From Octopus sinensis (lineage: Eukaryota), in contig NC_043017.1 in assembly GCF_006345805.1 (NCBI RefSeq), positions 10,726,001 to 10,790,000 of the forward strand: a stretch of 64,000 nt of DNA, read 5' to 3'. Below, in pieces: positions 39,122 to 52,101 of the stretch. The position numbers and the translations under genes are program-made. Under the pieces are notes generated by a model. That model saw only the letters and a program-made list of their open reading frames with translations. It was not told where the DNA came from and searched no databases. The first letter of the stretch is position 1, and each line of letters opens with the position of its first letter.

Positions 39122-40274
39122 CTTCTTTCTGTTAAAAAGATGAAGACATCGAACGAAGAACGAAGAGACGCGTTTTCCACTATGACAGAAGAGTGTTCCT
39201 ACAAGGGAGATAATTCTCGTGTTTTTATTATTTTTCCCGCCTTATTTTTTTATTGAATGATATAAATTCCAGTTCATTTTAGTTATGGTCTTTATCGGAC
39301 TTTATATGATATCGCCTTTTAAAGGAATACTCTACTCTATCCATACTGACCTACGGTTTATTTTTACATCTTCCCAAGAATGATAAAACGAAAAGAAAAA
39401 TAACAGGGTCCACCAGATTTTAAAACGAAACTAAAGAGAATTGGGTAATAATTTTGACTCTAACCGTTCAACCGTAAAATTTAATGAAATAAGGAAGGGC
39501 AACAGTTTAAATGATTTCTATATAACTCTTCCCGCCGAGGTCGACCATGCTTTCATCCTTTCGAGGTCGATAAAATAGTTACCATTTGAGGACTGGGATC
39601 TATATAATCGACTTACCCACCACCCCCGATCTTGCTGGTCTTGTGCCAAAATTTGAAACCGATAACTATATACCTTTTATCTTTTACTTGTTTCAATCAT
39701 TGGATCGCGACCATGCTGGGTGCTGGGGCGCCGCCTTGAAGAGTACTTTATTTTTTAAGTGTGATACTTAAAAAACTGCATCAGCTAAGTAAATGGCCTT
39801 CCCTAAATGCATTATAACATAATCTGATCATTATTTCTGAAAATTATTGCCGTTCTTTGAGCATATAAAAGACAAATTTGGCTGGGGCAGAATGAGTAAC
39901 ATTATCTAAATTTTCTGCTTCAGTTCTCCAGAAAATAGGCTCATACACATCAATATCCACCCCTAGACATCAGTAAGATCAGAAATGCTAAAAAAAATTT
40001 TAATATCTAGGTCAAATACAAGAGGATCAGGAGAAATGAAATTAATAAACACAACTAAATAAAAAAAACATAAAATATTCTCAAAAGCTTCTTCACAATC
40101 TACAGAAGTGTTCTCACCATGCAGTTAGAAGAAATTATTGAAATTAGTCATTACTCATTTTACCCCATGCTAGACATAATTTTTTGAGACTTGAGAATGA
40201 TTAAATTACACACGAGTCTGTTGTGCTTGAGAAGACCTGTTAAGCCAAGTGAAATCATAGTCATGGCCGATATT

Positions 40275-40885
40275 GGTGTCACATAACACTCACCCATGCC
40301 AGTGGCATGTAAAGAGCACTATTGGAGCATTGGGCCTCATGGAGACAAAGTGGCTGAGTTCCTTTTGAGTGTTGGGCCTCATGGAGGCAAAGTGGCTGAG
40401 TTACTTTCAAGGAGTACTACACTCATGGAGTGGTTGGTGTTAGGAAGGGCATCCAGCTGTAGAAACACTGTCAGATCAGACTGGAGCCTGGTGCAGCCTT
40501 CTGGCTTCCCAGATCCCAGTCGATCAGTCCAACCCATGCTAGCATGGAAAACAGACGTTAAACGATGATGATGATTGGGCCTCACAGAGGCAAAGTGGCC
40601 AAGTTCCTTTTGAGCGTTGGGCCTCAGAGAGGTAATGACCAAAACCTTTGGCATGATGTCATGCTTGAGAAGAAGACCCATCTAGCCAAGCAAAATCGCA
40701 GTCATGGCAGACACCAGCGTCACGCAAATGGCACCCATGCTGGTGGCACATAAAAGCACCCATTACACTCTCGGAAAACCATGTCAAATCAGACTGGAGT
40801 CTGGTGCAGCCTTCCAGCGTACCAGCCCTGATCAAACTGTCCAACCCATGCCAGCATGGACAATGGACATTAAATGATGATGATT
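40275..40885 (+). mobile_element. Two family C-related repeats
   Basis: GGAAGGGCATCCAGCTGTAG core and CCAACCCATGC..GCATGGA..GAC.TTAAA.GATGATGAT tails at ~40570 and ~40880. Confidence 0.75.
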
Positions 40886-41674
40886 AGTGTGTGGAAAAAT
40901 TGACTCAGAATCCAACAGAGAAAAGAATATTGATTGTTAAATACCAAAAATTATCCAACTATTTTGTGAGCAACCTCAATTACAACTGGGTCAAAGCTGA
41001 GGAAAAATATCTTGAAACTTCTTGAAAACCACCTGACTGTTTCGGATCTCCTCGACTTTGGCAACAACAACTATCCTGACTAACTTTTACTCCTGAAGAT
41101 GATGTAACAGTACAAAACGATAATGCAATACTTCAATGTAATGATTTCAAACAAACAGAAAAAAAATAAGAAGAAATCAGAAATTACTTATTTTGCCCCA
41201 CCAATCTACCAGTAAGTATATACGTATGTGTGTGTGAACAGGCCTCTTTCAGTTTCTGTCAACTAAATCTGCTCACAAGGCTTTGGTCAATCCAGGGCTT
41301 CAATAAAAAACACTTGCTCAAGATGCCACGGAGTGGGACTGAACCTGGAGCCATGAGGTTGGGAAGCAAACATCTTACCACACAACCATAGTTCTTTCAT
41401 CCTTTACATCAGCAAGCATTCATTTGTTTGATCAGTTCTTCTACCTCTTTGCTGTATTAACATTTAAGTGGTTGGGTATTCCATAGATGCACATGTTTCC
41501 TTAACATAGTTCTCCTCCAGAAGATCCACAACTCTTTAGCATCCAAATTATTCTGTCAAATCCTTATTTATTCCCACTTATTAAACGTTATTGCTGTTAT
41601 TTCTTTATTTTCTGCAAACAAAATGCACAAAAAAGCTACACGTTTGCATTATGTTATATGTACAATAATAATCG

Positions 41675-41878
41675 CGGGCATGGCTGTGTGGTTAGGGAGC
41701 TTGCTTCCTAGCTACATGGTTTCGGGTTCAGTCCCACTGCGTGGCACTTTGGGTAGGTGTCTTCCGCTATAGCCCCGAGCCGACCGAAGCTTTGTGATTG
41801 AATTCGGCAGGCGGAAGTTACTGCCATGTGTGTATATGTGCGTGTAGGTGCTTGTGCCTCTCCGAAAGAGAGAGAGGG
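41675..41878 (+). mobile_element. Family B-related SINE subfamily (second copy at ~62603-62800)
   Basis: CGGGCATGGCTGTGTGGTTAGGGAGCTTGCTTCCTAGCT...GTGCCTCTCCGAAAGAGAGAGAG is shared by both copies. Confidence 0.85.
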
Positions 41879-42128
41879 ATAACTGTATACATTTTTACAA
41901 ACTAAGGACATTATATAGACCTCCTTGACTTCAAGTTAGAGAAGGGGTGCGTATTACACACAAGGTTTAGGTTTTTTCAGAGGTACAGCCCCTAAAAATC
42001 CCCTGCATATTATACTCAGGGGTGGACTATACTCGAGGATTTACGGTATGTATTCATACAGGAGCGGAATCATTTTATTGTAAAATCTGTGGTAAATCAT
42101 TGTCTGAAAATGGTAACTGAACCACTTG

Positions 42129-42443
42129 GTGGAGGCACATGGCCTAGTGGTTAGAGCAGCAGACTCACGGTCGAGGGATTGCGGGTTCGAATCTCAGACC
42201 GGGCGATGTGTGTGTTTATGAGTGAAACACCTAAGCTCCACGCAGCTCCGGCAGAAGGTAATGGTGAAACTTCTGCTGATTCTTTCGCCACAACTTTCTC
42301 TCACTCTTTCCTCCTGCATCTTGCAGCTCACCTGTGATGGACCGGTGTCCCGTCCAGATGGGGAACCTATAAGCCAAGAAACCGGGAAACTGGCCCTTAT
42401 GAGCCATGCATGGCTCGAGAAGGAACAAACAAGAAGAAAAAAA
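42129..42443 (+). mobile_element. Family D tRNA-derived SINE with a 14-bp TSD
   Basis: tRNA-like head GGAGGCACATGGCCTAGTGGTTAGAGCAGC...GGTTCGAATCTC. TSD AACTGAAC(C/T)ACTTG at 42115-42128 and 42444-42457. Confidence 0.9.
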
Positions 42444-42504
42444 AACTGAACTACTTGCAAGCATTTTCATCCAGGATAGAAACTACATCACTGTGACATC
42501 TGTG

Positions 42505-42925
42505 GGATCTTTTCGGTTTGAACAGCAGTTTTTTTCTAGCGGTGTCATATGAAATTGTCACCCATAATTATGACCCTAGTATCGATCTATTGCATTTCAA
42601 TCTGTTTTAGGGTTAGGGTTAGGGGTGGGCAGAAGGGTATCTTTTTTTCTTCAGAAATGTAAATAAACCCAATCTGTTTCTTAAACGAGGGACATATTCA
42701 TACGGCACAGAATGTTTTCACCTCAATAGACGTCATTGATTGGTTGAAATTGCAGAAATTGAAGAAAAAAAAAGCAACAAATATCTTACAAACTATAGAA
42801 TTTTCTCAATAAAGCCAAGAGAAAAAGATGTTTTATAAACACATTCTACCAGTATACGAAGTTTAAAAGTGTTTAGCTACGTGGAAATTATTTAAAAAAA
42901 ACTGCCGGTCAAACTGAAAAGATCC
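42505..42925. mobile_element. Second GGATC-ended MITE copy
   Basis: TSD CATCT(G/A)TG at 42497-42504 and 42926-42933. Confidence 0.9.
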
Positions 42926-43203
42926 CATCTATGATAAATCATTCTCTCAAATTAATAATGTTTTCACTACTGAAATACGTATTCATGCAGGAAAGAAACA
43001 TTATCACTGATATCTCTAATAAATTGTTCACTGAAAGTTGTACTCTAACTAAATACAAACACATTCATATTGGTTTGAAGCCATATCATTGTAATATCTT
43101 CAGTAAATCATTTTCTGAAAACACTGTCTTAATTACTCATCTTTATATTCACACAGGCAATAAATCTGTGGTGAATCCTTCTCAGGAAAATAGTGTCTTA
43201 ACT

Positions 43204-43585
43204 GGTGGAAGCACTCCGTCGGTTACGACGACGAGGGTTCCGGTTGATCCGATCAACGGAACAGCCTGCTCGTGAAATTAACGTGTAAGTGGCTGAGCAC
43301 TCCACGGACACGTGTACCCTTAACGTAGTTCTCGGGGATATTCAGCGTGACACAGAGAGTGACAAGGCCGGCCCCTTGAAATGCAGGTACAACAGAAACA
43401 GGAAGTAAGAGTGAGAGAAAGTTGTGGTGAAAGAGTACAGCAGGGATCACCACCATCCCTGCCAGAACCTCGTGGAGCTTTAGGTGTTTTCGCTCAATAA
43501 ACACTCACAACGCCCGGTCTGGGAATCGAAACCGCGATCCTACGACCACGAGTCCGCTGCCCTAACCACTGGGCCATTGCGCCTC
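43204..43585 (-). mobile_element. Family D-related tRNA-derived SINE with a 13-bp TSD
   Basis: Head GAGGCGCAATGGCCCAGTGGTTAGGGCAGCGGACTC...GGTTTCGATTCCC. TSD TA(G/C)TGTCTTAACT at 43191-43203 and 43586-43598. Confidence 0.9.
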
Positions 43586-43867
43586 TACTGTCTTAACTAC
43601 TCACAAATGTATTCATACAGGAGTAAAGCTCTACCACACAGTACTCACTGAATACAATAAGTGCGTTTTCATACAGAAGAAAATGTATAGGTGCAGGGGT
43701 GACTGTGTGATTAAGAAACTTGCCCTGCAACCACATGGTTTCGGGTTCAATCCCATTGCATGGCAATTTGGGAAAGTGTCTGCTTCTATAACACCTGGCC
43801 AACCAATACCTTCTGAGTGAATTTGGAAGATGGAAACTGTGTGGAATCCCATTCTAATATATATATA

Positions 43868-44290
43868 TATAATCAAAGTAAGCAACAAGAATATCTTCGG
43901 TAATTTGGTATGATCATACCAAATTACCGACGATATTCTTGTTGCTTACTTTGATTATAATCACCCCATGGATTTATATGGATAATACCGTACAAAATTC
44001 TGGTGCATCTAACTTAAGTACCATATTCATTTGAATCTAAATTTGCTGAACTTATATATATATATATATCAACAGGATATCCAGAGGTGATGCAGTACGA
44101 CTGTTTCAAGCGGCTCCATTTAATTGAACAGTGCAATCATTACATCAATTTAAATGCATCACCTCTGGATATCCTGTTGCTTATTTTGATTTTATTCACG
44201 TTATTTTGAAATTCTATGGATAATACCACACTAATTTTTGGTGCCTCAACTTAAGTACCTAATTCATCTGAATCTCAATTATTTTGCATT
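43868..44290. repeat. Two related (TA)n-anchored hairpin elements
   Basis: 92-bp palindrome at 43868-43959 centred on TGATCA; 25-bp arms at 44070-44094 and 44155-44179. Both are followed by a similar tail (GGATAATACC...AACTTAAGTACC...ATTCAT.TGAATCT). Confidence 0.85.
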
Positions 44291-44472
44291 CATATATGTA
44301 CATATTATATTATTTAATAACGGCTTAATTCAGCTCCATGCAACTTTTGTAGGTTTGTCAAATGAACTTAGCTCATCAGGATTAGGTGACTGAATGGAGA
44401 AACAGAGGAAGATGGCTGTTGAAGATTGGGCTGCTTTTAGTCAAGGCAAGTCACATGTTTTTAATATTGATA

Positions 44473-45684
44473 TTTTGGGTCATCCCATAAATAATGTGGT
44501 TTTTTTAATTGCATGAACTAAAAGTCGGTAGGGGACAGGATAAACTACCTGCATCAACTTGCTATAAAAGCATGTAGTAAGTTTACCTTGTCCTTATTCT
44601 TAGTGCAAGTTTTGAAGCATGCAGTTCGATTTTAACAGTTATTTTTCAAAGCTATAATGGAAGTGACAAAGGAGAATATTTGGCATATTTTGCTTTATGA
44701 ATTCAATAAAGGCAACAACGCAACAGAAAGTGTGAGGAATATTAATGCAGTATATGGGGACTGGACAATAAGCGTAAGCCAGTGTCAGTGGTGGTTCCAG
44801 AAATTCCAAGCCTGAATTTACAGCCTAGAAGATGAGCCACATCCTGGAAGATCTTTAGGGCTCAATGAGGACATCCTGCAAACCCTGGTGGAACAAAAAC
44901 TCATTGTAACTGTTGAAGAACTAGCAGAGAATTGGATTTGGTCATTCAACAATTCATCAACATCATTGGAAAAGTCAACAAATTTTCCGAGTCTTATCAC
45001 ACACAGAGAGCGAATGTGTGCTCTTCTTTGCTGTCACATCTCAAGAATGAACCATTTTTGGACCGAATAGTGACTGGTGATGAGAAATGTGCCCTCTATA
45101 AAAATATCAAGCACTGAAGACAGTGGGTAAGGAAAAGAGGAACTCTGACACTCCAGGCTAAAGAAGGTCTTCACCCACGTAAGGTGTTGTTATCTGTTTG
45201 GTGGGAGATGAAAGGTTCAGTCTACTTTGAACTTTTAAACCAAATGATAACAGTGATCTACAGTGAGCAGTTTGAGCGGCTTAAGTCAGCGCTAGAAGAA
45301 AAACAACCATCTTTGGTTTCAAGACAAAAGGTGTTCTTCCATCAGGATAATGCTCAGCCACATACAGCAAGGGATGACATTCCAAAGGCTGGAGCAGTTG
45401 GAATGGGAAACGATGTCCCACCCACCATATACACCAGACATTGCCCCATCTGATTATCGTTTATTCCGCAGTCTTCAAAATCATTTGGATGGAAAAAAAT
45501 ATGAATTCTGTAGATGAGATTAGAACAGTACTGGAAGAGTCTACCAGATAGATGGAAGAGCATTGTGGAAAATGAAGGAGAGTATCATCAACATCATATT
45601 TTAGATTAAAAAAAAACTTTATCTTAATTTTGAAAAATGAAAGAAGTATAAAAAAAAACACATTATTTATGGGATGACCAAATA
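44473..45684 (+). mobile_element. Near full-length, decayed mariner (DD34D-type) transposon
   Basis: TIRs TT(T/G)GGTCATCCCATAAATAATG at both ends with flanking TA. ATG at 44657 (MEVTKENIWHILLYEF), IVTGDEK, VLLSVWW, FFHQDNAQPH, PYTPDIAPSDY; stops and frameshifts. Confidence 0.95.
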
Positions 45685-45685
45685 T

Positions 45686-45725
<40 letters not shown>

Positions 45726-46185
45726 TTGTGTCTGTGCTTGTCACCTCCCCTTAATCATATGTATGGATGTATGCAATCTAAACGTGTTTGGATGCAAAAA
45801 AGTACATAATTCTATTTGACACATTCTCTGTTGGAAGAAAATGTCCAAAATTTCATATATTTCCAACAAGTCTGCAGACTATAAAATTTATGGAATTTTG
45901 TATGTGTGTAAGCAGTCGAAATTTCTAATAGGTTTATATGAAATGTTTGCTTCCCAATCACATAGTTTCAGGATCAATCTCACTGTGTGATTCTTTGGGC
46001 AAGTGTCTTCTGTTATAACCTTGGGCCAATGGATGTGATCGACAGTAACTGTAAGAAGCTTATGTAATCTCTTATTACTGCTCTGTACTCGACCAATACT
46101 TTACTTCTTTCTGAAGCAGATCTAGATTAAGCTCTAACACCAGGTTGTTAGTGTCACTATACCTAAGCAAAATATTAAAATAGAT

Positions 46186-46545
46186 ACGTGTGGCCGTTGC
46201 CAGCGCGGCCGTTGCCAGTGCCGCCCCGACTGGCTTTGTGCCGGTGGCACGTAAAAAGCACCATCCGTTCGTGACCGTTGCCAGCCTCGCCTGGCCCCCC
46301 GTGCCGGTGGCACATAAAAAGCACCATCCAATCGTAGCCGTTTGCCAGACTCGTCTGGCACCTGTGCCAGTGACACGTAAAAAGCACCCACTACACTCAC
46401 GGAGTGATTGGCGTTAGGAAGGGCATCCAGCCATAGAAGCATTGCCAGATCAGACTGGGCCTGGTGCAGCCTTTTGGCTCCCCAGACCCCAGTTGAACCG
46501 TCCAACCCATGCTAGCATGGAAAGCAGACGCTAAACGATGATGAT
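46186..46545 (+). mobile_element. Family C repeat with three 5' sub-repeats
   Basis: GCC(G/A)GTG(G/A)CAC(G/A)TAAAAAGCACC three times, then core and tail. Confidence 0.88.
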
Positions 46546-47094
46546 GTGTGTGTGTGTGTGTGTTTGTGTCTCCTTGTTTTGATATCGCATGATTGTTGTA
46601 AATGATTGTCACTGTCATACAAAACATGTCATGCCATAGGGAAATATTACCTTTCTTGGAAACAGGTGAGGGTTAATGACAGGAAGGGCATCCAGCTGTA
46701 GAAATATCTGCCTCAGTAAATTCCAATCTGCTTTATGCAAGCATAGAAAAGTGGATGTTAAAACGATGATGAGGTGTAGATTTTCTTCCTCAAACTATGA
46801 CTGACACCTCTGAAGCAAAGAGCGCTAGTGAGGTCACTTTGCAGCTCCCAAAACTGATGAGTTGCCATGACTCAAAGAGAAAGAACAGAAGAGGAGTTTG
46901 GTTGAGGTGTTAAGAGAAGTTGAAGTCTGATGGGAGCAACAGGTATATCGTTGTGAAAGTTTGGTAGAGGAAGGGGTAACAGAGGTGACAATGATTGTGA
47001 AAGGGAGAGGATAGTGCTAGAGGTAGTTGCAGGGGAGAGAGATAGAGATAGAGAGAGAGTTGAAGCTGGGTTGAGTTAGGGAAGATCTAGTATT

Positions 47095-47312
47095 TTTTTT
47101 TTACTGCCCAGAAGGGGCTAAACACAGAGGGGACAAACAAGGACAGACAAACGGATTAAGTCGATTACATCGACCCCAGTGTGTAACTGGTACTTAATTT
47201 ATCGACCCCGAAAGGATGAAAGGCAAAGTCGACCTCAGCGGAATTTGAACTCAGAATGTGACGGCAGACAAAATACGGCTACGCATTTCGCCCAGCGTGC
47301 TAACGTTTCTTC
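47095..47312 (-). mobile_element. Family A SINE
   Basis: Reverse-strand match to the copy at 12894. Confidence 0.88.
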
Positions 47313-47792
47313 CAGATATAAGATCTAGTATAGTCTGAGATAAACTGCAGCCCAGTGGCACCTTCACAAAGGAAGAGATAAAGAAAGAAATGAGAAGTGG
47401 AAGAGGAGCCATGGGTAATGGGGAGTCACTGAAAGAAAGAGAAGTAGGGGGTGTCATATTGGCATGAAAGATAAAAATCCTTCCCAAGTCATATAGTCTC
47501 AAAAGGCTGGGTTCTTGGTTTCTGTGGTGCATATATTCCTCACTCCCCATGGATGGGATGCTAGTCCATCACAGGATTACTCCCATATCTCTGTGCCAGC
47601 TGAGTGTACTGGAGTAATGGGAAATGAAGTGTTTTGCTCAAGACCACAACACACTGTCTTGTCTGTGAATTGAAACCATGATCTTACGATTCTGAATCCA
47701 ACACCCTGACCACTAATCTGCGTGCCTCCACATATAGGGGCCAGGGGTATGGATGAGGACGGGGCCCAGTGAACAAGTGTACTGAGAACATA

Positions 47793-47829
<37 letters not shown>

Positions 47830-47869
47830 TTATTTATTTATATATGTGTATATATCTATATATATATAC

Positions 47870-47903
<34 letters not shown>

Positions 47904-47952
47904 ACATACATACCAGACAGTGGCTCTCATGGTTTCTGATCTTAACAATACC

Positions 47953-48183
47953 CATTTCTTTATTACCCACAAGGGGCTAAACACAGAGGGGACAAACAAG
48001 ACAGACATAGGTATTAAATTGATTACATCGATGCCAGTGCGTAACTGGTACTTAATTTATCGACCCTGAAAGGATGAAAGGCAAAGTCGACCTCGGCGGA
48101 ATTTGAACTCACAATGTAACGGCAGATGAAATACCGCTAAGCATTTCGCCTGGCGTGCTGACGTTTCTGCCAACTTGCCGCCT
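47953..48183 (-). mobile_element. Family A SINE with TSD
   Basis: CTTAACAATACC occurs on both flanks. Confidence 0.9.
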
Positions 48184-48612
48184 TAACAATACCACAGATT
48201 TGCTTGTCAGCTGTTTGATCATAACCAGTTGAGAAATGTCCCTTAGTGGCTGACAGTATGTGCATCTCTGATCACGAGCAGAAGTAGTTGAGAGGAATTC
48301 TTTGGTGTTTGAATAATCCACTTGGAAACACGGGTGTTTTGTTCAACATTCTTAAACAAACCTTATTCAGGGACCTTTTGAGTGGGATGGGTTACTTGAC
48401 CTGAAGAAAATTCTAACTGGGCCCCACTTGCAAGGTTATGCACTGGTTATCTTGATATAAGATCACCATGTCATACACATATGGCTGTGATGCATGTGCC
48501 TGGTGTACCCTTATCAGATGGGTAGTCAAGATGGGTATGCTGGGCTTTGTATATTTTACCCCAGTGTTACCTTGATGGCATGCGCTGCTCTCTCACTCGA
48601 TATATATGTATA

Positions 48613-48669
<57 letters not shown>

Positions 48670-49005
48670 CATCAGCATTATCATCGGGCATGCCAAATCA
48701 AACTGGAACCAGGTGCAGCTCTCTAGCTTACCAGATCCAGTCAAACCATCTAACCCATGCCAGCATGGAAAGTGGACGTTAAATTATGATGATGATACAC
48801 ACACATTTATGTATACATACATATATTAATATACATATATTTATATATATATACTTACATATATTTACTTATATATATATATACTTATATTTGTATATAT
48901 GTATATACCTACATATATACACACAAACATGCATACATACACAGATACACACACATAAATTTATATATATTCACACGCGTTTATATATACATACATTCAT
49001 ATATT

Positions 49006-49060
<55 letters not shown>

Positions 49061-49388
49061 ATAGATAAATACACATATATATATGTATATGCATACATAT
49101 ATCCACACAAACATACATATATACACACACACATATATATGTATATATAAATTTATATATATTCACACACATTTATATATACATACATTCATATATTTAT
49201 ATATATATGTAGATAAATACATATATATATGTGTATATGCATACATATATCCACACAAACATACATATATACACACACACACATGTATATATAAATTTAT
49301 ATATATTCACACACATTTATATATACATACATTCACATATATATATATATATATACTTACATATATTTATATATGTATGTATATACAT

Positions 49389-49424
<36 letters not shown>

Positions 49425-51914
49425 TTACACCCAAATATACATGTAAAATATGCCACGCCAAGGCAGACAACTTGTGACGTACACGAGAGAGAGAAAGAAA
49501 GATATGGCGAAACCTCACCAGGCAACTACAACCATGAAGGCATTACCAAAATTCCGCCACTGTTGGCAGCTAACGACTTGAAGGATTTACTTAACACCAC
49601 TACCGACTGTCCAAATAACCAAGCAACAACTGGTTCGAATACTTTTTTAGTTGTCTTTCTCGCAGAACCGTTCCAGGGGGGTCTTCTGGAAAGGCATGGA
49701 CATAATTCACTCCTCGTCTACCTTCGCAATTGTTGATTATCTTGCTGCGTCAGAGTTCGTTTTTATGCGGTTATTTTCTTCCTACGGAATTAGCTGACAT
49801 TTATTTCATTTACCATTTAAATATCCTTGACACATACACAAGCATAACAAACTATTTATTTCTTTTTATCTCCTTTGTCGAGTAATTTTTTGAAAAAAAA
49901 AAAATTCTTTTTGGGGAAGTCGGACTTATTCGTTTGCCTGAAATGTTTACATGTCCTCGTCTCTCACTTATTATCTGATACAGCTGAAATAGAAGCAAAA
50001 AAGAGCAAGAATTATTACATAGTTTGACAGACAGAAACACCGTTCATAGAGTGGAAGATAGGAATTATTAATTTAAACAGATATTCGCTATTCAGAGCCA
50101 AACAAGAAGGATATATGTGCCAGCAAATTGCTTCTCGTATCGAAATTATGTGAAGCTCGGAAACAATAATTGTTTGCTGTAGACACAGAAGGAAATATTT
50201 ATTTATATATCGGAGGGAAAAAACATATATAGTTGGTCTATTTTAGCTGTAACTGTCTGCCTAAACAGTTTGTGTTTTGTCTACCGAACTAGTTTTATTT
50301 CTTAATTTGTCCGAAGAAGGAACGATTATCGTTTTAGTAGTCAACAATTAAGTTTATCATGAAAGCACCTTGAAGAAGCAATTAACGCAATTCATATTTT
50401 GCTTCTTGCATATTTATCGATATAATATATATATTCTGTGTGTGTGTTTATCTTTAAAATTTTCCTCTGACTTGCTTTTTTCTATCCTGAGTTTAAGTTT
50501 ATAAAATGAACAGCAGTCGTTCTTAGCATGGCAGATAAAGGATGGGAAATTAAATACTGGACGTTATGTATGTCTATAGCAGAGGTGGAGAATGTTCGTG
50601 AGATGGAAGTGGGGAGGAAAAGAAAACGAGATAATCAGGGGTTGTTCGTAAAACTATGAATGGGAGACAGACCTGAGATATTTTGTTGTTGTTGGGTTGA
50701 GACAGACTTTAACTGACTGACACTAAAAAACAAAGTCTCGATCAGAGAAGGACGAGAGAGAGAAGTAGGGAAGTTAGGAGGGGCAGCCGACAACGAAGAA
50801 GGATATAGCAGGGAAGAAAAAATAGTAAGGGACTAACTATCATTGAAGCCGTCCACAACCTTCAAACACACACCCACTTGTTGGTGATGGTTTTTAGTAG
50901 CTTGTGATGTTCGCATATTTCTTAGTTGTCAGTTAAAAGTGTGAATGGGGGGCTAGATTCGGTGCTGAGCAGAGGACATTTTTGAAGTGAGTATGTAATA
51001 ATTGTTAATAGGTATGTAGGTACGTAGATAGGTAGGTAGGTATGTCGGTATGTATGCAGACAGACAGAATAGACAGACAGTTTGTTTTAAGTTAGGTAAG
51101 GTAACAAATATTCAGAGATTGTAGTTAATGGTGGTAGTATTGTTTTGTGTACAGTCAAGTAATAACAACCTTATCCAAACATAAACTCTACTACTACCAC
51201 ACACACACACAGTAATTAATTTCTCGTTAATTTCTCTTTTCAACTTTTCTCTGAAGAAGAACTCTGTCCGAAACGTTGGATTTTCCACTCACCCCGGCAA
51301 GTTTTTGTACTTTTTTTTTTCATCGATTTTATTTAATAACACAAGTCTTGCCAACAGATCAACAACTGCCTCTTTCGAGTCTGTTTGACCATATAAATAC
51401 ATAATAACTCCAGATAAACTTGACATTCGGAACAGTACAGTACAAACGAAAGATACCCCGCTCAGCGTAGACGTAAAACCACAGGATAAAAAATCTATCT
51501 GAAGTGGCTAAATGAACCCACTGTTCCACTATAAGGAAGTGAGGTCAGGTTCTGTGTCATCATCAACAATGTAGTATCTCTAAATACTTCCTTGTCAACC
51601 AATCTCTCTCTCATACATACACACTCAAACACATATATACTCGTTTATACACCACCGTATAGATAATTTTAAAGAACCCGTTTCACACAGCCAGTAGCAT
51701 TGCTGGTAGCCCACCATCTTACCATGGGGCGACGGAACCTTTTAAATTATATTCGATTCGATAATTGGAACCCAGAACAAGTAGCTGCCTGGTTACGAGG
51801 TAATTAAACCTTTTTGTTTTTAATTATTTTTGTTTGTTATTATTATTATTATTATTATTATCATCATCATCTCTCTTACGCGACTTGTTTATATTGTAAC
51901 TTGGGGTTTGTCAA

Positions 51915-51980
<66 letters not shown>

Positions 51981-52067
51981 CCCACACATTCATACATACA
52001 GATATATATATATATATATAAATGTATATATATATATATATATATATCTGTATGTATGAATGTGTGG

Positions 52068-52101
<34 letters not shown>

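Larger units (their letters stand above)
42049..43640 (+). pseudogene. Decayed C2H2 zinc-finger array interrupted by three insertions
   Basis: CIHTGAESFYCKICGKSLSENGN*, HCDICG, KSFSQ, HIHIGLKPYHCNIFSKSFSENTVLITHLYIHTG and HKCIHTGVKLYH, with stops and frameshifts. Confidence 0.85.

Noticed and set aside
41094-41120. CTGAAGA...CAAAACG (also CCGAAGAAGGAAC at 50311, CTGATGAG at 17893 and CTGATGA...GAAAC at ~60914)
   Set aside because: Each lacks GAAA or a convincing stem II or stem I; too decayed to separate from chance.
43510-43585. tRNA gene
   Set aside because: A and B boxes are present but there is no acceptor stem and the sequence continues into a SINE body; this and similar heads are tRNA-derived SINE heads.
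46186-46400. CRISPR-like repeat-spacer pattern (GCCGGTGGCACGTAAAAAGCACC)
   Set aside because: The spacers are homologous to one another, the context is eukaryotic and there are no cas genes; these are sub-repeats of family C.
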